Source: an uncultured Nitrospinota bacterium
GTDB taxonomy: Bacteria; Tectomicrobia; Entotheonellia; J063; CAVPRW01
Assembly: GCA_963707985.1 (NCBI GenBank)
Contig: CAVPRW010000006.1
Location: forward strand, 58,436 to 122,435
Length of the DNA: 64,000 nucleotides
Direction of reading: 5' to 3'
Position numbers and translations under genes: made by a program. Positions 22,286 to 34,954 of the stretch are shown here, piece after piece. Position 1 is the stretch's first letter, and each line of letters starts with the position of its first letter. The notes below the pieces were generated by a model. That model was not told the origin of the DNA, ran no database searches, and was given only the letters and a program-made list of their open reading frames with translations.

Positions 22286-23623
22286 TTACCCGCGCGTCGC
22301 CTCGATCGCCCCTTCCTCCCAGATACTATGATGGCGCGTCTCTGGCATGACGAAGAGGGCAATTAGGAACATGAGCAACGGCAGCCCGATGGGATACGCC
22401 AGCGCCCATCCCAGGCTGTTCGTGGACAGATAGACCGAGGTCGTGATGATCGGCACCAGACCGCCTCCCCAGCCGTTGCCGATGTGGTACGGCACCGACA
22501 CCGATGTGTAGCGGATGCGCCCAGGGAAGAACTCTGCTAAGAAGGCCGCGATGGGGCCATAGGTCATCCCGACATAGTTGACCAGGACCGCCACGAGAAG
22601 GACCGCCATTGGATAGTTGGCGCTGGTGGGATTGGTATAGTGGCCGAGAGCGAGGTAGAGGGGGTAGTACGTCAAGGACGCCAGCAGCATGCCACCCAGG
22701 ATGATCGGCTTCCGGCCGATCTTGTCGGAGAGCCAGCCCCAGAAGATCAGTGTCGGCGTGGCGATCAACAACGCGAGTCCGACAATGTAGCTGGAGGTGA
22801 GCACGTCGAGCCTTTGCACCGTCTGGAGGAAATACAGCGCCCAGAACTGGCTGCTGTACCAGACGCATCCCTGCCCCAGGACGACCACGCTGGCGATCAG
22901 CACATATTTCATGTTGCGACTCAGGAAGGCCTCGCGCCAAGGATTGCTCGCGGTCTGCCCCTTCGCCTTGATCTCCTGGAAGATCGGGGTTTCCTGCAGC
23001 GACAGCCGGATATAGATGGCCACCGCGACGAGCAGGAGTGAGATGATGAACGGGATGCGCCAGCCCCACTCGGTGAAGGCGTCATTACCCAGATAGGTGC
23101 GCGTGCTGATGATCACGGCCAGCGAGAGGACGATCCCAAGGGTGGGCGACGTCTGGAGCCAGCCGGTGTAATACCCGCGCTTCTCGTCCGCGATGTGCTC
23201 GGCCACGTAGGTGATGGCGCCGCCGTACTCCCCACCGAGGCACAGGCCCTGAATCAGACGGAGGACGAAGAGGATGACGGCCGCCGCCAGACCGATCTGG
23301 GCATACGTCGGAATCACGCCGATCACGGCGGTCGACAGCCCCATCCCGCTCAGGGTGACGAGGAACGTATATTTGCGACCCACTTTGTCCCCGAGCCAAC
23401 CGAACACGAAGGCCCCGAGCGGACGGATCAGGAATCCAATCGAGAAGAGCGCGATGGTGCTGAGGAACGCGGCCACCGGGTGGCTCTTCTCGAAGAACTT
23501 GACCGCGAGGATCGAAGCCAGGCTGCCGAAAATGTAGAAGTCGTACCACTCGATGATGTTGCCGACGGCTGCGGCGATGACGACACGGCGGAGTTCTTTC
23601 AGCGAAATATAAGGCGCTGGCAT
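22286..23623 (-). CDS. MFS transporter, metabolite:H+ symporter (MHS) family
   Basis: IEWYDFY, RPLGA, DKVGRK, GGEYGGA, WGWRIPF. Confidence 0.93.
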   Translation of the reverse strand: MPAPYISLKELRRVVIAAAVGNIIEWYDFYIFGSLASILAVKFFEKSHPVAAFLSTIALFSIGFLIRPLGAFVFGWLGDKVGRKYTFLVTLSGMGLSTAVIGVIPTYAQIGLAAAVILFVLRLIQGLCLGGEYGGAITYVAEHIADEKRGYYTGWLQTSPTLGIVLSLAVIISTRTYLGNDAFTEWGWRIPFIISLLLVAVAIYIRLSLQETPIFQEIKAKGQTASNPWREAFLSRNMKYVLIASVVVLGQGCVWYSSQFWALYFLQTVQRLDVLTSSYIVGLALLIATPTLIFWGWLSDKIGRKPIILGGMLLASLTYYPLYLALGHYTNPTSANYPMAVLLVAVLVNYVGMTYGPIAAFLAEFFPGRIRYTSVSVPYHIGNGWGGGLVPIITTSVYLSTNSLGWALAYPIGLPLLMFLIALFVMPETRHHSIWEEGAIEATRG

Positions 23624-24134
23624 ACGTTCCCCTCCCTTGTTAGGGGTTTCGCGTCGATTACTGAGAGCGCCTTCGAGGTGCACTCCCCGTGTTCAGCATG
23701 GCGACCCCGCCACGCTCACCGCTGCCACCACGTGGGTACGTGGTGGTATGGCTCCCTCCAATGCTCGCGTCATGATGGCTACCACCGCCATCCGTAACAT
23801 ACTCCCATGATGCGCGATGAGCAATACTCCTATAGATGAGGCGGAATCCACCATGTTTGGCGAATATTGAATGTTCTCAACGCCTGCCCCCGTCTCTCGA
23901 TTTGCTCATCAACGTGCAGGATTGCACCTACACCTCTCTTCTAGAATGGCAAGCGATTGTCCTCGATAGGAGTGTGCAGCTCATCTGACGTGTGGCAGGG
24001 ACTGGAATAAACCAGCAGGGAATCATCTCTTCATCAGTACAAGCCTCGTACGAGAGGGAAAGGCTGCCAGCATCTGGAGGAAACTGCTATGTGGCCGACT
24101 CTGGAATACTCTACCAACACGGTGGAGGCACGCC

Positions 24135-24278
24135 ATGCGGGTGGTATTGCTCCTCATGGTCTTAGGCATGTCAGCCTGCACGGCTCCGAGTCACTCCAGC
24201 TCGAATCCCTCAGGCATGCCCTCTGAAGGGGGGGATACAGGACCAAAGCACTCAGGGAATGGTGGGAATGGCTATTGA
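24135..24278 (+). CDS. Small 47-aa lipoprotein (not in ORF track)
   Basis: GGAGG RBS; MRVVLLLMVLGMSA-C signal/lipobox, then a Ser/Gly/Pro-rich tail. Confidence 0.6.
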   Translation: MRVVLLLMVLGMSACTAPSHSSSNPSGMPSEGGDTGPKHSGNGGNGY

Positions 24279-24798
24279 GACGCCACCCCCTCGGTTGCGG
24301 CGGCATGCACTCTCGCCCACGGCTGCTGAAACGCACAGGCATGATAAGGAGGGTTCCGGCTCCTCCCGTAGATGGCCCCGGCGCGACGTCACCAGGTGTG
24401 GTCAGTTCTAGACAGTGCCCGTCTTGGTAGGACATTCAAATGGATACAGACATGAGGGATGGGCGATGCGCCTCCCGACTGATGATTCCCGCACACCTCG
24501 CCCGTCTGCGCTCGCTGGCCTTGTTGGACATCCTCAGCGGTTTCACGCTTCTCCAGGGAGACCCCATCTCGGCATAGTCTTTGCCGTACACCCTTAGGCA
24601 ACGCTCAGGCAAGTGCTCTTCGCGGACTACATGGGACACTCACGTCTCATCGGACACGGGAGCATGGACAGCGTCGTGGTCCCTGGCGGATCCATCACGA
24701 TCCCCGGACACGACCCCACCCTCATTAGCCACCTGGACTCATCGCACGTGACAGGTGGGCACACCTAATGACGACTCTGGTGACATAGGTGCCTCAAG

Positions 24799-25266
24799 AT
24801 GCGGTCTCTCAGCACCGTGGCATTGGTCATATGGTTCAGCAGTATCGGCGCGGCGTCTGCCGCGGCACCATTGGCGCCGCCCTCTGGGTCCACAGCCGCC
24901 GAAGGGCCCAGCGTGAGCATCGCCCTGGGGCCAGGCATGTGGTTTACCCGCACGGAACTGTTTTTTGGGTCCCTCAAGCCTGACGGCTCCGTGGTGTCGG
25001 AGGAAGCCTTTCTGGGGTTTCTCTCGGCGGAAATTACCCCGCGCTTCCCCAACGGCTTGACCCTTCTGACGGGCCTTGGACAATTTCTCACCACGCAGGG
25101 GGTCGTGCATCAAGAGCCCTCTCGGCTGTTGATTCTCCTCTACCCTGTAGAGGAAGAGCGGGACAGCAGCGAGAAGATCGAACAGATTCGTGAGCAATAC
25201 AAGCGCATGTTTCGCCAAGAGGCGGTCCTGCGGGCGGATCGATGTTGTGAGCTAGTCAGGTTCTAA
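24799..25266 (+). CDS. DUF3574 family secreted protein
   Basis: Signal peptide; RTELFFG, EITPRFPNGLT, YKRMFRQEAVLR. Confidence 0.85.
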   Translation: MRSLSTVALVIWFSSIGAASAAAPLAPPSGSTAAEGPSVSIALGPGMWFTRTELFFGSLKPDGSVVSEEAFLGFLSAEITPRFPNGLTLLTGLGQFLTTQGVVHQEPSRLLILLYPVEEERDSSEKIEQIREQYKRMFRQEAVLRADRCCELVRF

Positions 25267-25318
25267 CGCGGGATGGTCGAACGTGTGGCCCAGTCGTGCT
25301 CGGGTTCGCTTGCGGTGC

Positions 25319-26150
25319 TTACGGCCTCATGATACCCAGCGCGTCAAGTGCCTGTGCGATCGGCCGACGGTCGACCAGTTGGGAGAGGTCGGGCTCTTTC
25401 CCCTTGAACAACCCGAGCGACTTCATCTTGGTTATCGTATACATCAGGCGTTGCTCTTCGAGGCCATCGTTGAGGGGGAAAATCGTATTATTCACCAGAA
25501 CCCTCTCGTACGTCTGGTCAATCACACCGACAGAGAAACCGGTGGCCTTGGCGGCGATCCGGATCGTGTCGGCTTTATGTTGGTACATAAATCGGTGGGC
25601 CTGGATCAGTCCCGTCAGGTAACGGATGGCAAGGTCGGGGTGTGCCGCGAGCCAGTCCTTTTTCGCGAAGTAGGTGCCATAGAAATAGTCGGGCTCGACT
25701 GTGTATAGATCGACAAGTACGTGGAACCTCGCATCGCGTTCGAGGATCTCGATCGCTTGCTCAGTCTGGAGAATTGCGGATTGGATTTGGCCCGCCAGCA
25801 GTGCTGGCACGTATCCGGGGGCGGAGACCGGCGCATAGTGCACATCCTGAGGCGTCAATTGAGCGCTTTCGAGCACCATACGGGTCATGACCTCGCGGAA
25901 GGCGCCGACATCCTGGATGCCCACGTGTTTGCCGCGCAGCTCCGCTGGCGCCTTCACCGTTTTGGGCGTGATCATCGAGACCGTAAGCCGGTTGGCATAA
26001 GTGCCAATGATCACGATATCGCCGCCAGCCACCGAGGCGTTCACCACAGGCTCGATATTGGCTCCACCGATGGCGACCGCGTTGGCGACCACCGCCTGCA
26101 CTACCTTCACGCCCGAGTCGAAGTTGAGGAGCGTGACGTCCAGCGCTTGT
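25319..26150 (-). pseudogene. ABC substrate-binding protein (SsuA/NMT1/THI5-like), 5'-truncated
   Basis: ELRGKHVGI, ALLAGQIQSA, WLAAHPD; no start codon or signal peptide before the IS region. Confidence 0.75.
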
Positions 26151-26283
26151 TGGGTTTAGGCCAAGTTGTAGAACCGAAGGGATCGACGCCGACCAGAAGG
26201 CTCTTGGAGCTTTGTCGATCTCTCGTAGTGCCTGTAAAATTTCCGGATTGGAGACATCAGATTTATTAGGCTTGGCGTAAACG

Positions 26284-27524
26284 GGTAGCTCCACACTAAA
26301 CCGTGGTCATGAGCACCAGCGTGCTATCAGGCGTTTCCGTGCCCGCGAGGGGCGCCCCCGCTGCGTGGAAGGCGTCCAGCGGGGTGGTGGCACGTGAAAC
26401 GACAGCAGCTCCTGGACGGTCCAGCCATGATCCGTGATCCCGGCAGCCATGGCTAGGCGTCCTCTGGAGACACGTCATACCGGCCGCCGATGCCGTGCGG
26501 CGCAGACTGGCAGGGTACGTACAGAAGTTGTCGACACTGCCGATGCAGATACATCCCGTGCGGCCGCGTCAGCGGACGACGCGCCAGCGCTCTCCCGCGG
26601 CGTGTCAGCGACGCCAAGCGCTCCCGGAACGTCGCATGGAGCCGCTCGATGTCTGCGGTGTGGATCACCCCGTGCCCTTGCGAGCGACGCCTGAGCGTCT
26701 CGACACGCGTGGGCGTGCCATCCACGATACGGCGCTCGATGTCGACCACGCGCCGCTGCACGTCGCGCTTCACGACCTGCGCGATGTCGAGATGGCGCCA
26801 GGGGCGCAGCCGAGGGCGCCCGGGCGCGCCTGTGCGTACCGGATCGCGACAGGTCTCACGCCTCGCCCGGACGTAGGCGGACAAGCCATCGGTGCACCGC
26901 AAGAGCGGAGCGGGCGCAGCACCGCGGCGCACGCGCTCGAGGAGCCGGCGAATCAGCGGCATATGACGAGGCGCACTGACCTCGCCGGCCAGCCACAGCC
27001 GTGTCTTGACCATCATCGCCAGCGCCATCCACACGATGCCGCCCGGCGTCTTGACGCGGATCGCATCGGCTGGCACCTGGCCCAGGTCTCGTGGGCGCTC
27101 CACCAGATGTTCCTGGACCGCCTGGCCCTGTCGGCCAGCGCGCGCCCCCCACGCCGCCACTGTCCGCGCATCGAACCCACAGGCGACGACGATCGCTTGC
27201 AGCGGACAGCCGTGCGCCAGAAGCGTGACCACGAGGCTGACCGTCTCTGCCGAGGTCCGCAGGCGGTACAACGCGGTGCCTGTCGTGGCGGTACACGTCT
27301 GGTGGCACGCCGTGCAGAGCCTCCGTTGGTCCTTGCGCGAGTGGAGACGAATATGGCCCTCGCCTGCTTGGCCTCGGGCGGGACATGCCACATTCGGGCA
27401 GAATACCGTCGTGGGGTCCATGACGATCCTCCTGGCTGTGCGTGGACACATGGCCAAGAGAAATATGTCAGGACCCCCATTTCTTTTACAACCTCACTGC
27501 ACCACGGTTTAGTGGGGAGCTACC
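26284..27524 (-). mobile_element. IS1-like element with 24-bp terminal inverted repeats; degenerate transposase 26453-27424
   Basis: GGTAGCTCCACACTAAACCGTGGT versus reverse complement GGTAGCTCCCCACTAAACCGTGGT (1 mismatch); Zn finger CPNVAC/CTAC, TDG, IERLHATFR. Confidence 0.82.
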
Positions 27525-27549
27525 CAATCTCCTCTGGGGAGGAGATCAT

Positions 27550-29210
27550 ATGGAACAAACCTACCGCAGTCAGATCTTGGATCATCTTGGCCTTGTCGCG
27601 GGCATGTTTGACGAACTTGGCATTGGCGACGTCATCGACCAAGCGACGCAACAAAACCCCGAAATGCGCGACCTCACCGTCGGGGAAGCTGTCAAAGCTA
27701 TGGTGCTCAATGGTCTGGGCTTTGTCAACCACGCGCTCTACCTCGTCCCGAGGTTCTTCCAGAATAAGCCCACCTCTCGCCTCATTGCGCCCCGCGTGAC
27801 CCCCGCACAGCTCAATGATGACGCCCTCGGTCGTGCCTTGGAGACGCTCTATGCCTATGGCGTGACGGAGCTCTACAGTCTCATTGCCGCCACCGCAGCC
27901 AAACGCTTGGGCCGGACGCCGCGCTTGGCCCATCTTGATCGCACGAGCGTTCACGTCGATGGCCGTTATAACAGTGAGGAGGAGCCCGAGGCCGAGGTCA
28001 TGCACATCACCCGAGGCTACAGCCGCGATCATCGGCCGGACCTCAACCAAGTGATGCTGGAGTTGATTGTCGAGCATCAGGCCGGTATTCCTGTCCTGAT
28101 GCAACCCCTCAGTGGCAATGCGAGTGATGGAAAAACATTTGGCCACGTCGTCAAGGCGTATGTTACACAGTTACAAACGACCTATGGCACCACCTATCTC
28201 GTCGCGGATAGTGCCCTCTCTCATGAGGACAACCTCCGGCAACTCGCCGAGACCACGGTGAAGTGGATGACGCGTGTCCCGGCAACGTTGGGTGAAGCAC
28301 AAGCCGCGCTGGCGCAGGCTGCCCCTTCTAGCATGCCCCTGCTCACCGAGGGGTATCGTTATCAAGTCTTGCACTCGACGTATGGAGGGGTCGCGCAACG
28401 CTGGCTGCTCCTCGCCTCTGAACACCGCTACGCCCAAGCACAGCGCACGGTCGACAAGCAGCTGCGCAAGCAAAGTGACCAGGAAGTCAAAGCGTTCACA
28501 CAACTGTGTCGCACGACTTTCGCCTGTGAAGCGGATGCCCACCAGGCGCTGACGACCTTTGAGTACAGCTTACAGGCGACATTCCTCCCCACGGTCACCG
28601 TACGTCCCACACCACGCTATGGCAAGCGGGGGCGACCGCGCCCGATGCCCAACCCGCCCGCGTGGTCTATACGATCGAAGGCGCCCTCGCCTCCGCCCTC
28701 GCGCCTCGTCAGGCGCTGATCGATCAGCACCGGTGTTTCATCCTAGCCACCAATGAGCTGGATGAGGCGACGTTGTCGCCCCAGGAGGTGCTCAACGGAT
28801 ACAAAGGGCAGGCTCACGCAGAACGTGGGTTTCGTTTCCTGAAAGACCCCCAGTTTTTGGCCGCCTCGCTCTATCGCAAAAAGCCCGAACGGATCATGGC
28901 CCTCTTGATGGTGATGACCGTGTGCTTGTTGGTGTATGCCGCCATAGAGTACCGTATTCGTAAGGCGCTCAAGGACCATAACGCGACGTTTCCTAACCAA
29001 AAGGGCCAACCGGTGCAGAATCCGACAGCACGCCGGGTGTTCCAGCACTTTGGCGGGATTCATGTCCGCCGCATTCCTGGGCAGTGGGACCTCTTGGTGG
29101 TGAATCTCACAGAGCAACATCAGCAGCTGCTTGAGCTGCTCGGCAAATCTTATACGCGATTTTATCGTTGAATATTCATGAAGATGAACGAGGCGATGCG
29201 GAATGTCGGC
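27550..29210 (+). mobile_element. IS1634-family transposase (frameshift near 28650)
   Basis: LDHLGLVAG, LNDDALGR, GYSRDHRPDLNQ, VADSAL, FILATN, ERGFRFLKDP. Confidence 0.9.
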
Positions 29211-29421
29211 TGAAATCCAATCCCGCGTTTTTGACGAGCTCTGCCGGCAATGGGGAGATTGCCCGGGGCAAGATGCTTTTGATGCGCTCAAGCGCGTTTA
29301 CGTCGAAACGGTTGGCGAAGGGACCTTACGACCTTTCGTTGAAAGCCGGTTGGCCGCTTTGGTGGAGGGTGATTCAGGCACAGTCGCAGGCGTCCTCGCT
29401 CAATTGGCGCTTGATGCGGTC

Positions 29422-30695
29422 TGAGGTGCTCCCCATTGTCAAGACCATTTTGGGGGCAAATTAAGTTAAGTTTCAAGGGCCTCAATTGAATACTTTGCCC
29501 TAACCCGTTACAGGCTTCTGTTCTCAGCCCTGGTAGACCGCTGCTGGCGTGCGGTAGCCCAGGGCCTGATGGAGCCGTTCCTCGTTGTAAAACGCAAAGT
29601 AGCGGGCCAACCGGTGGCGCGCGTCCCACGCGCTTTGGTAGTCTCGCACATAGACCTCCTCGTACTTCACACGTCCGCCACAACCGCTCCACAAACACGT
29701 TGATCGAGGGCCCGGCCGCGGCCATCCATACTGATCCGCACCCCTCCTTGCTGCAGCCGCTCGGTGAAGGCCAGACTCGTCAACTGCGCCCCTTGATCGG
29801 TATTGAAAATCTCCGGCTGGCCTTGCCGGAGGGCCTGCTCCAGGGCCTCCACACAAAACGCCACGTCCATCGTGATCGACACCGCCCAGGACAACACATA
29901 CCGGCTGAACCAATCGATCACCGCCACCAGGTACACAAACCCGAGGCCAAGCGGATATAGGTGATATCCGCACTCCAGACCTGATTGACCCGGCCAATCG
30001 TCACCCCGCGCAGGAGATCGGGGTCGATCGTGTGGCCCGCGGCCGGCTGGCTGAGCCGGGGCTTGGGATAGATCGCCTCCAACCCCATCTGCCGCAGCAG
30101 CCGACGGATGTGCTTGGGATTGACGGCATAGCCCTGGCTGCCGCAGCCACGCCGTCATCCGGCGCACGCCATAAAACGGGGTCTCGGTATATTGCGCGTC
30201 CAGCAACCGCATCAGCTGTAGGTCCTCTCGCTCGCCAACCGGCTGATGTCGCCGACCGGGCCACCCCCAGCAGGGCGCACTGCCGACGAAGACTCAGCTG
30301 GGGATGCGCGGGCTCAAGGAGCGCCCGTTTCGCCTCCACGGGCAAGGCCAACTTTTTTTTCAGCCAGTCGAGCTCGACGTTCAGCTGGCCGATCTGCTGG
30401 TACAATGCGGCCTTGAGCGCCTCCTCCTGCTTTCTGCTTGGTACCACGTCGGCTGGAGAACAGCGTGGGCAACTCTTCGAGCGCCACTGTTCTTCCACTG
30501 GGCGATCTGCACCGGATGCACCCCATAGGCCGCCGCCAGTTCCTGCAGCGTCCGCTCGCCCCGGATCGCTTCCAGGGCGACCTTGGCCTTGAACTCACCG
30601 CTATGCTGCCGCCGCGGCATCGTCATGGATGCACTCCTCCTTGCGGCCCTCACCAGCTAACTTATTCGGTGGTCCAAATTTTGGGGAGCATTATA
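29422..30695 (-). mobile_element. IS3-family element, degenerate orfA/orfB
   Basis: EFKAKVALEA orfA; YLVAVIDWFSR, FNTDQG, FYNEERLHQALGYRTP; imperfect IRs TGCTCCCCA...GACCA at both ends. Confidence 0.9.
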
Positions 30696-31332
30696 CGGCC
30701 ATGCAGCTGACGCCGATATTGTATGTCGTCCCATCATTCGAGTGTACAGCCAGACGAGAGATGATGCGCCCCAAACAAGATGCCTAGATGTAATCGATCG
30801 CATGGTACAGACGCGAGCCCTTGGATTCGAAAGGGCGTTAGCGCTTTATGACCGCTAAACTAAATCAATGCATGAGCCCTTGCTGATCATACTCAACCTT
30901 TCAGGGGTGCCTTGGTGCAAGTGGCGCTTGGGCACTCAGAGTCCCCTCCGGGTTTGTCGAAGTCATCCTGATAGCTGTGGCTACGCTCAAGCAGCAATAC
31001 CATAACGTCCTCGATTACGTGCCGCAGTCTGCGAGGCGGTGCTCCGGGATGCGGCACCACCGTCGTGGATTCCGATCTTAGCCGAACGCGAGAATCTCAT
31101 CTGCCCCGCCGCATTGGCTGCTCTATATAGGCGAACGCTGACGTTTAAAAATGCTCGCTTGCACCGCGGCGCCTGATGGCCCCGCACATGGTAGTGGCTA
31201 CCCTGAAGGCGCAATATGCAGGCAACTGCTAGGTTACCACGAGTCGATCAGCGTCAGTAAGAGCCTGGAGATTATTACCCATGAGCTATAGACATTGACA
31301 AGTTGGTGAGCGTCGGACTATCCTGGTATATA

Positions 31333-31768
31333 ATGCTGGAGCGATCATCATGGCGAGTCTATCAATGTCCTCCCACGGCGCGCAGATTATGTGGTCTGTC
31401 GATCCTCCTGGTGCTGATGAGCCTGGGTGGGTGCACGGCGCCGACTTATCTCGACGGTGCCGCCCGCAGACATCGCGGACCAGCAATATCACGGACTGTC
31501 TCCAATTGTCCCAACCCAGCCCATCGTTCGCGACCAACATCTGGGTGAATTGCAGGCTGACATGCGCTACCAAGAAGACCAGTTGTCCCAGGCCGAGGAG
31601 CAGCGCCTGCGGGCCTGCCGCACTCCCGAAGCCACCCAAGTGGACTCGGTGGCCTATCAGCGTTGCCAACTTAAGGATCAACTGTACGAACAGCTCAAAG
31701 CTGCGGCTGCGATGGCCAGGGATCGTTATCTCCGGGCAGTGAGTGGCCGTGGAGGTACCGGTCGCTAG
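31333..31768 (+). CDS. Putative lipoprotein (frameshift near 31445)
   Basis: LSILLVLMSLGG-C lipobox in one frame; a helical domain with two Cys follows in the next frame. Confidence 0.55.
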
Positions 31769-31888
31769 CTCTCCCATCCCCTCTGCACCATGCCTGCATG
31801 AATGCTCGCCACACAAAGGGACTGAGTAGGCCCTTCTAAGCACGGTTCCCCATAATTTTTTATATCTACCGATTGTCCTAGCAAATAA

Positions 31889-31918
31889 CTTGACAATTAC
31901 ACACTCATGTATTATGTT
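31889..31918 (+). promoter_or_regulatory. Sigma70-type promoter overlapped by a HAIR-like HspR operator
   Basis: TTGACA (31890-95), 17 bp, TATGTT (31913-18); CTTGACA-N7-ACTCATG (31889-31909) versus HAIR consensus CTTGAGT-N7-ACTCAAG. Confidence 0.65.
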
Positions 31919-31966
31919 TAGTCACGATCTGCAAGAGCATCAGCAAATTGGGGTGGGGGAAAGACT

Positions 31967-32884
31967 ATGGGGGAGCGGGTTCAGTCGCTCAGTCAGGTAT
32001 TGTTACAGACGGCCTGCACGGTTGCGAACGCGGTCAGGGCGCAGGCGCTATTTTTATGTACGGACTCCCCGAAGCATGTGGCGTTGGTTGAGCCCCTGCT
32101 GGAGAAGACCAGCATCGTGCTGGTGACCAGGAACCCCGAGAATCTGGAAGAAGACTATCCGCACGTGCAACACCTCATCCAGATGCCGAACATCGATCTC
32201 AGCCGTATGGGGCAGATCAAGCTCGCCGTGTTAATGGCGCTTTCCGCCGGCATCGTGTGCGGCAAAGATCGCATCGTATGTGTCTCGGGGCTACCCCGTC
32301 TGCGTCATCTGGATAATGTTCTAGTGCTTGATCTGGGACGGGAGTTCGAGCTCCTGACGACTAACAAAGGGGCCAATATGGTCGGTTCGGTGCGGCCGGA
32401 AGTGTTTGAAGGGGTGTTAAACCTCGCCATCGAACTGGCCAATCAGGGGCGTGAAGGGAAGCCGGTGGGGACGATCTTCGCCCTTGGCGATCATGAGAAG
32501 GTCTTACAGCTCTCGCGCCAGCTGGTGATGAACCCATTTCATGGCTACCCTGAGGAAGACCGCAATATCCTGGACCCGAATTTGCGCGAGACGATCCGCG
32601 AATTCGCAGCCATCGATGGGGCGTTTGTGATCCGCGATGATGGGGTCGTCATGGCCGCCGGGCGACATCTGAATGCCGCCCTGGAAGAAGGGGAACTGCC
32701 CCGAGGTTTAGGCAGTCGGCATGTCGCCGGAGCCGGCATTACCGCCGTGACTGATGCCGTGGCTATTGCCATCTCGGAATCGGATGGGGCTGTGCGAATT
32801 TTTAAGCAGGGTGCCATCTTTATGGAAATCGAAAAGGCCTCACGGTCAGCGGTATCTAGTTCAGGAGCAAGGCTCGTGGTCTAA
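31967..32884 (+). CDS. Diadenylate cyclase, DacZ-type (N-terminal alpha/beta domain plus DisA_N/DAC domain)
   Basis: EGKPVGTIF, NPFHGY, AIDGAFV (DGA), GLGSRH, ISESDGAVRIF; no TM helices. Confidence 0.88.
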   Translation: MGERVQSLSQVLLQTACTVANAVRAQALFLCTDSPKHVALVEPLLEKTSIVLVTRNPENLEEDYPHVQHLIQMPNIDLSRMGQIKLAVLMALSAGIVCGKDRIVCVSGLPRLRHLDNVLVLDLGREFELLTTNKGANMVGSVRPEVFEGVLNLAIELANQGREGKPVGTIFALGDHEKVLQLSRQLVMNPFHGYPEEDRNILDPNLRETIREFAAIDGAFVIRDDGVVMAAGRHLNAALEEGELPRGLGSRHVAGAGITAVTDAVAIAISESDGAVRIFKQGAIFMEIEKASRSAVSSSGARLVV

Positions 32885-33019
32885 CGTGCTGGAAGCGGCG
32901 GGTTGGGGGGCACGACGTGAGCTGTCCCCCCCAGGTAGCATGGTCTCATCACTGACGGCTGGGATCGACGTCATCGTGTCAGATCCTATCGTAAGCGAAC
33001 GGTAAGGAGGTAACGATTC

Positions 33020-34951
33020 ATGGCAACAAAGATCATTGGCATCGACCTGGGCACCACAAACTCGGTGGTGGCGATCATGGAGGGCGGGGAGCCCAAGGTC
33101 ATCATCAATGAAGAAGGTAGTCGCTTAACCCCCTCAGTGGTCGGGTTTACCAAGGAAGGGGAAGTGCTCGTTGGCCAGGTGGCGAAACGGCAGGCGATCA
33201 TCAACCCCGAAAATACCATCTACTCCATCAAGCGCTTCATGGGCCGTCGGTGGGATGAGGTGCAGGATGAGCTGAAGTTGGTACCCTATAAGGTGGTGCG
33301 TGGGCCTAGCGATGCAGTTCGCGTGGTGGTGCGCGACAAAGAGTACACGCCGCAGCAGATCTCGGCGTTTATCCTGCAGAAGCTGAAAAAGGCGGCAGAG
33401 AATTACCTGGGCGAGTCGGTGAGTGAAGCCGTCATTACTGTGCCAGCCTATTTCAATGATTCTCAGCGCCAAGCAACCAAAGAGGCGGGTGAGATTGCGG
33501 GCTTGAACGTGCGCCGGATCATCAATGAACCGACAGCGTCGGCATTGGCGTATGGGCTTGATAAGAAAAAAGATGAGGTGGTGTCGGTCTATGACTTCGG
33601 GGGTGGTACCTTCGATATCTCTATTCTCGAGGTCGCCGACAAAGTGGTTGAGGTCAAGGCTACGGCGGGTGATACCCATTTGGGCGGGGACGACCTGGAC
33701 CAGCGCGTCATCGACTGGTTGGTGGCAGAGTTCAAAAAAGATCAAGGCATCGATCTATCCAAGGATAAGATGGCGATGCAACGCCTCAAGGAAGCTGCTG
33801 AAAAAGCTAAAATCGAGCTTTCGTCTACCCTGGAGACGGAGATCAATCTCCCCTTCATCACGGCGGACGCCAGCGGCCCCAAGCATCTCAGCATGAAACT
33901 GACACGGGGGCGCTTTGAGCAGATGGTTGCTGACCTGATCGATCGAACCAAAGGCCCCTGTCTACAAGCGCTGAAAGACAGCGGCTTGACCACGGAACAG
34001 ATCGATGAGGCAGTGCTGGTGGGTGGGTCGACCCGCGTGCCGAAGGTTCATGAGCTGGTAAAGCAGCTGTTCGCCCGTGAGCCCCATCAGGGGGTGAATC
34101 CTGATGAGGTGGTGGCGCTCGGCGCTGCGGTGCAAGCCGGCGTGTTGGCAGGCGACGTGAAGGACATCCTCTTGCTCGATGTCACACCGCTGTCGTTGGG
34201 GATCGAGACATTGGGTGGGGTGATGACGACTCTCATCGCACGCAACACGACCATCCCGACGCGCAAATCTGAAATCTTCACCACGGCGGCTGATGGTCAG
34301 ACCAGTGTCGAGATCCATGTGATGCAAGGGGAACGGCCGATGGCGCGTGATAACCGCACCCTTGGGCGCTTCCATCTGGTGGGCATCCCCCCCGCACAAC
34401 GGGGCGTACCCCAAGTGGAAGTGACCTTTGACATCGATGCCAATGGCATACTGCATGTCTCGGCACGTGATCAAGGGACGGGGAAAGAGCAGGCCATCAC
34501 CATCACGGCGTCTACGGGACTCACAAAGGACGAAATCGACCGCATGGTGAAGGAGTCCGAAGCGAACGCCGCTGAGGATGCCAAGCGACGGGAAGACATT
34601 GAGCTGCGCAACAAGCTCGACGCGGACGTGTATGCGACGGAAAAGCTGCTCAGCGAGAACCGCGACAAACTCGACAATAGTGAGGTCGAGCCGGTCGAAG
34701 CGGCCCTGAAGGAGGCGAAAAGCGCTCTGGAAGAGGGACAGGCCGAGCGTATCAAGGCGGCCACAGATCAGTTGCAAAAGGCGTCTTTCCGCCTGGGCGA
34801 GCTGATGTACCAGCGGACCCAGAGCGCGCAAACACCTACGGACGGCGACGCACAAAATGCCGGACCAAACCCCGGAGGCCAGGCGCGCAGTGGACGCGAC
34901 GATGTCGTAGATGCGGAATTCGAAGAGACCGATAAATCGGATCGTCGCTAA
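33020..34951 (+). CDS. dnaK: Chaperone DnaK (Hsp70)
   Basis: [42 protein letters not shown]. Confidence 0.99.
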   Translation: MATKIIGIDLGTTNSVVAIMEGGEPKVIINEEGSRLTPSVVGFTKEGEVLVGQVAKRQAIINPENTIYSIKRFMGRRWDEVQDELKLVPYKVVRGPSDAVRVVVRDKEYTPQQISAFILQKLKKAAENYLGESVSEAVITVPAYFNDSQRQATKEAGEIAGLNVRRIINEPTASALAYGLDKKKDEVVSVYDFGGGTFDISILEVADKVVEVKATAGDTHLGGDDLDQRVIDWLVAEFKKDQGIDLSKDKMAMQRLKEAAEKAKIELSSTLETEINLPFITADASGPKHLSMKLTRGRFEQMVADLIDRTKGPCLQALKDSGLTTEQIDEAVLVGGSTRVPKVHELVKQLFAREPHQGVNPDEVVALGAAVQAGVLAGDVKDILLLDVTPLSLGIETLGGVMTTLIARNTTIPTRKSEIFTTAADGQTSVEIHVMQGERPMARDNRTLGRFHLVGIPPAQRGVPQVEVTFDIDANGILHVSARDQGTGKEQAITITASTGLTKDEIDRMVKESEANAAEDAKRREDIELRNKLDADVYATEKLLSENRDKLDNSEVEPVEAALKEAKSALEEGQAERIKAATDQLQKASFRLGELMYQRTQSAQTPTDGDAQNAGPNPGGQARSGRDDVVDAEFEETDKSDRR

Positions 34952-34954
34952 CAC

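Noticed and set aside
32884..33020. CIRCE/HrcA element before dnaK
   Set aside because: No TTAGCACTC-N9-GAGTGCTAA match; only a G/C hairpin
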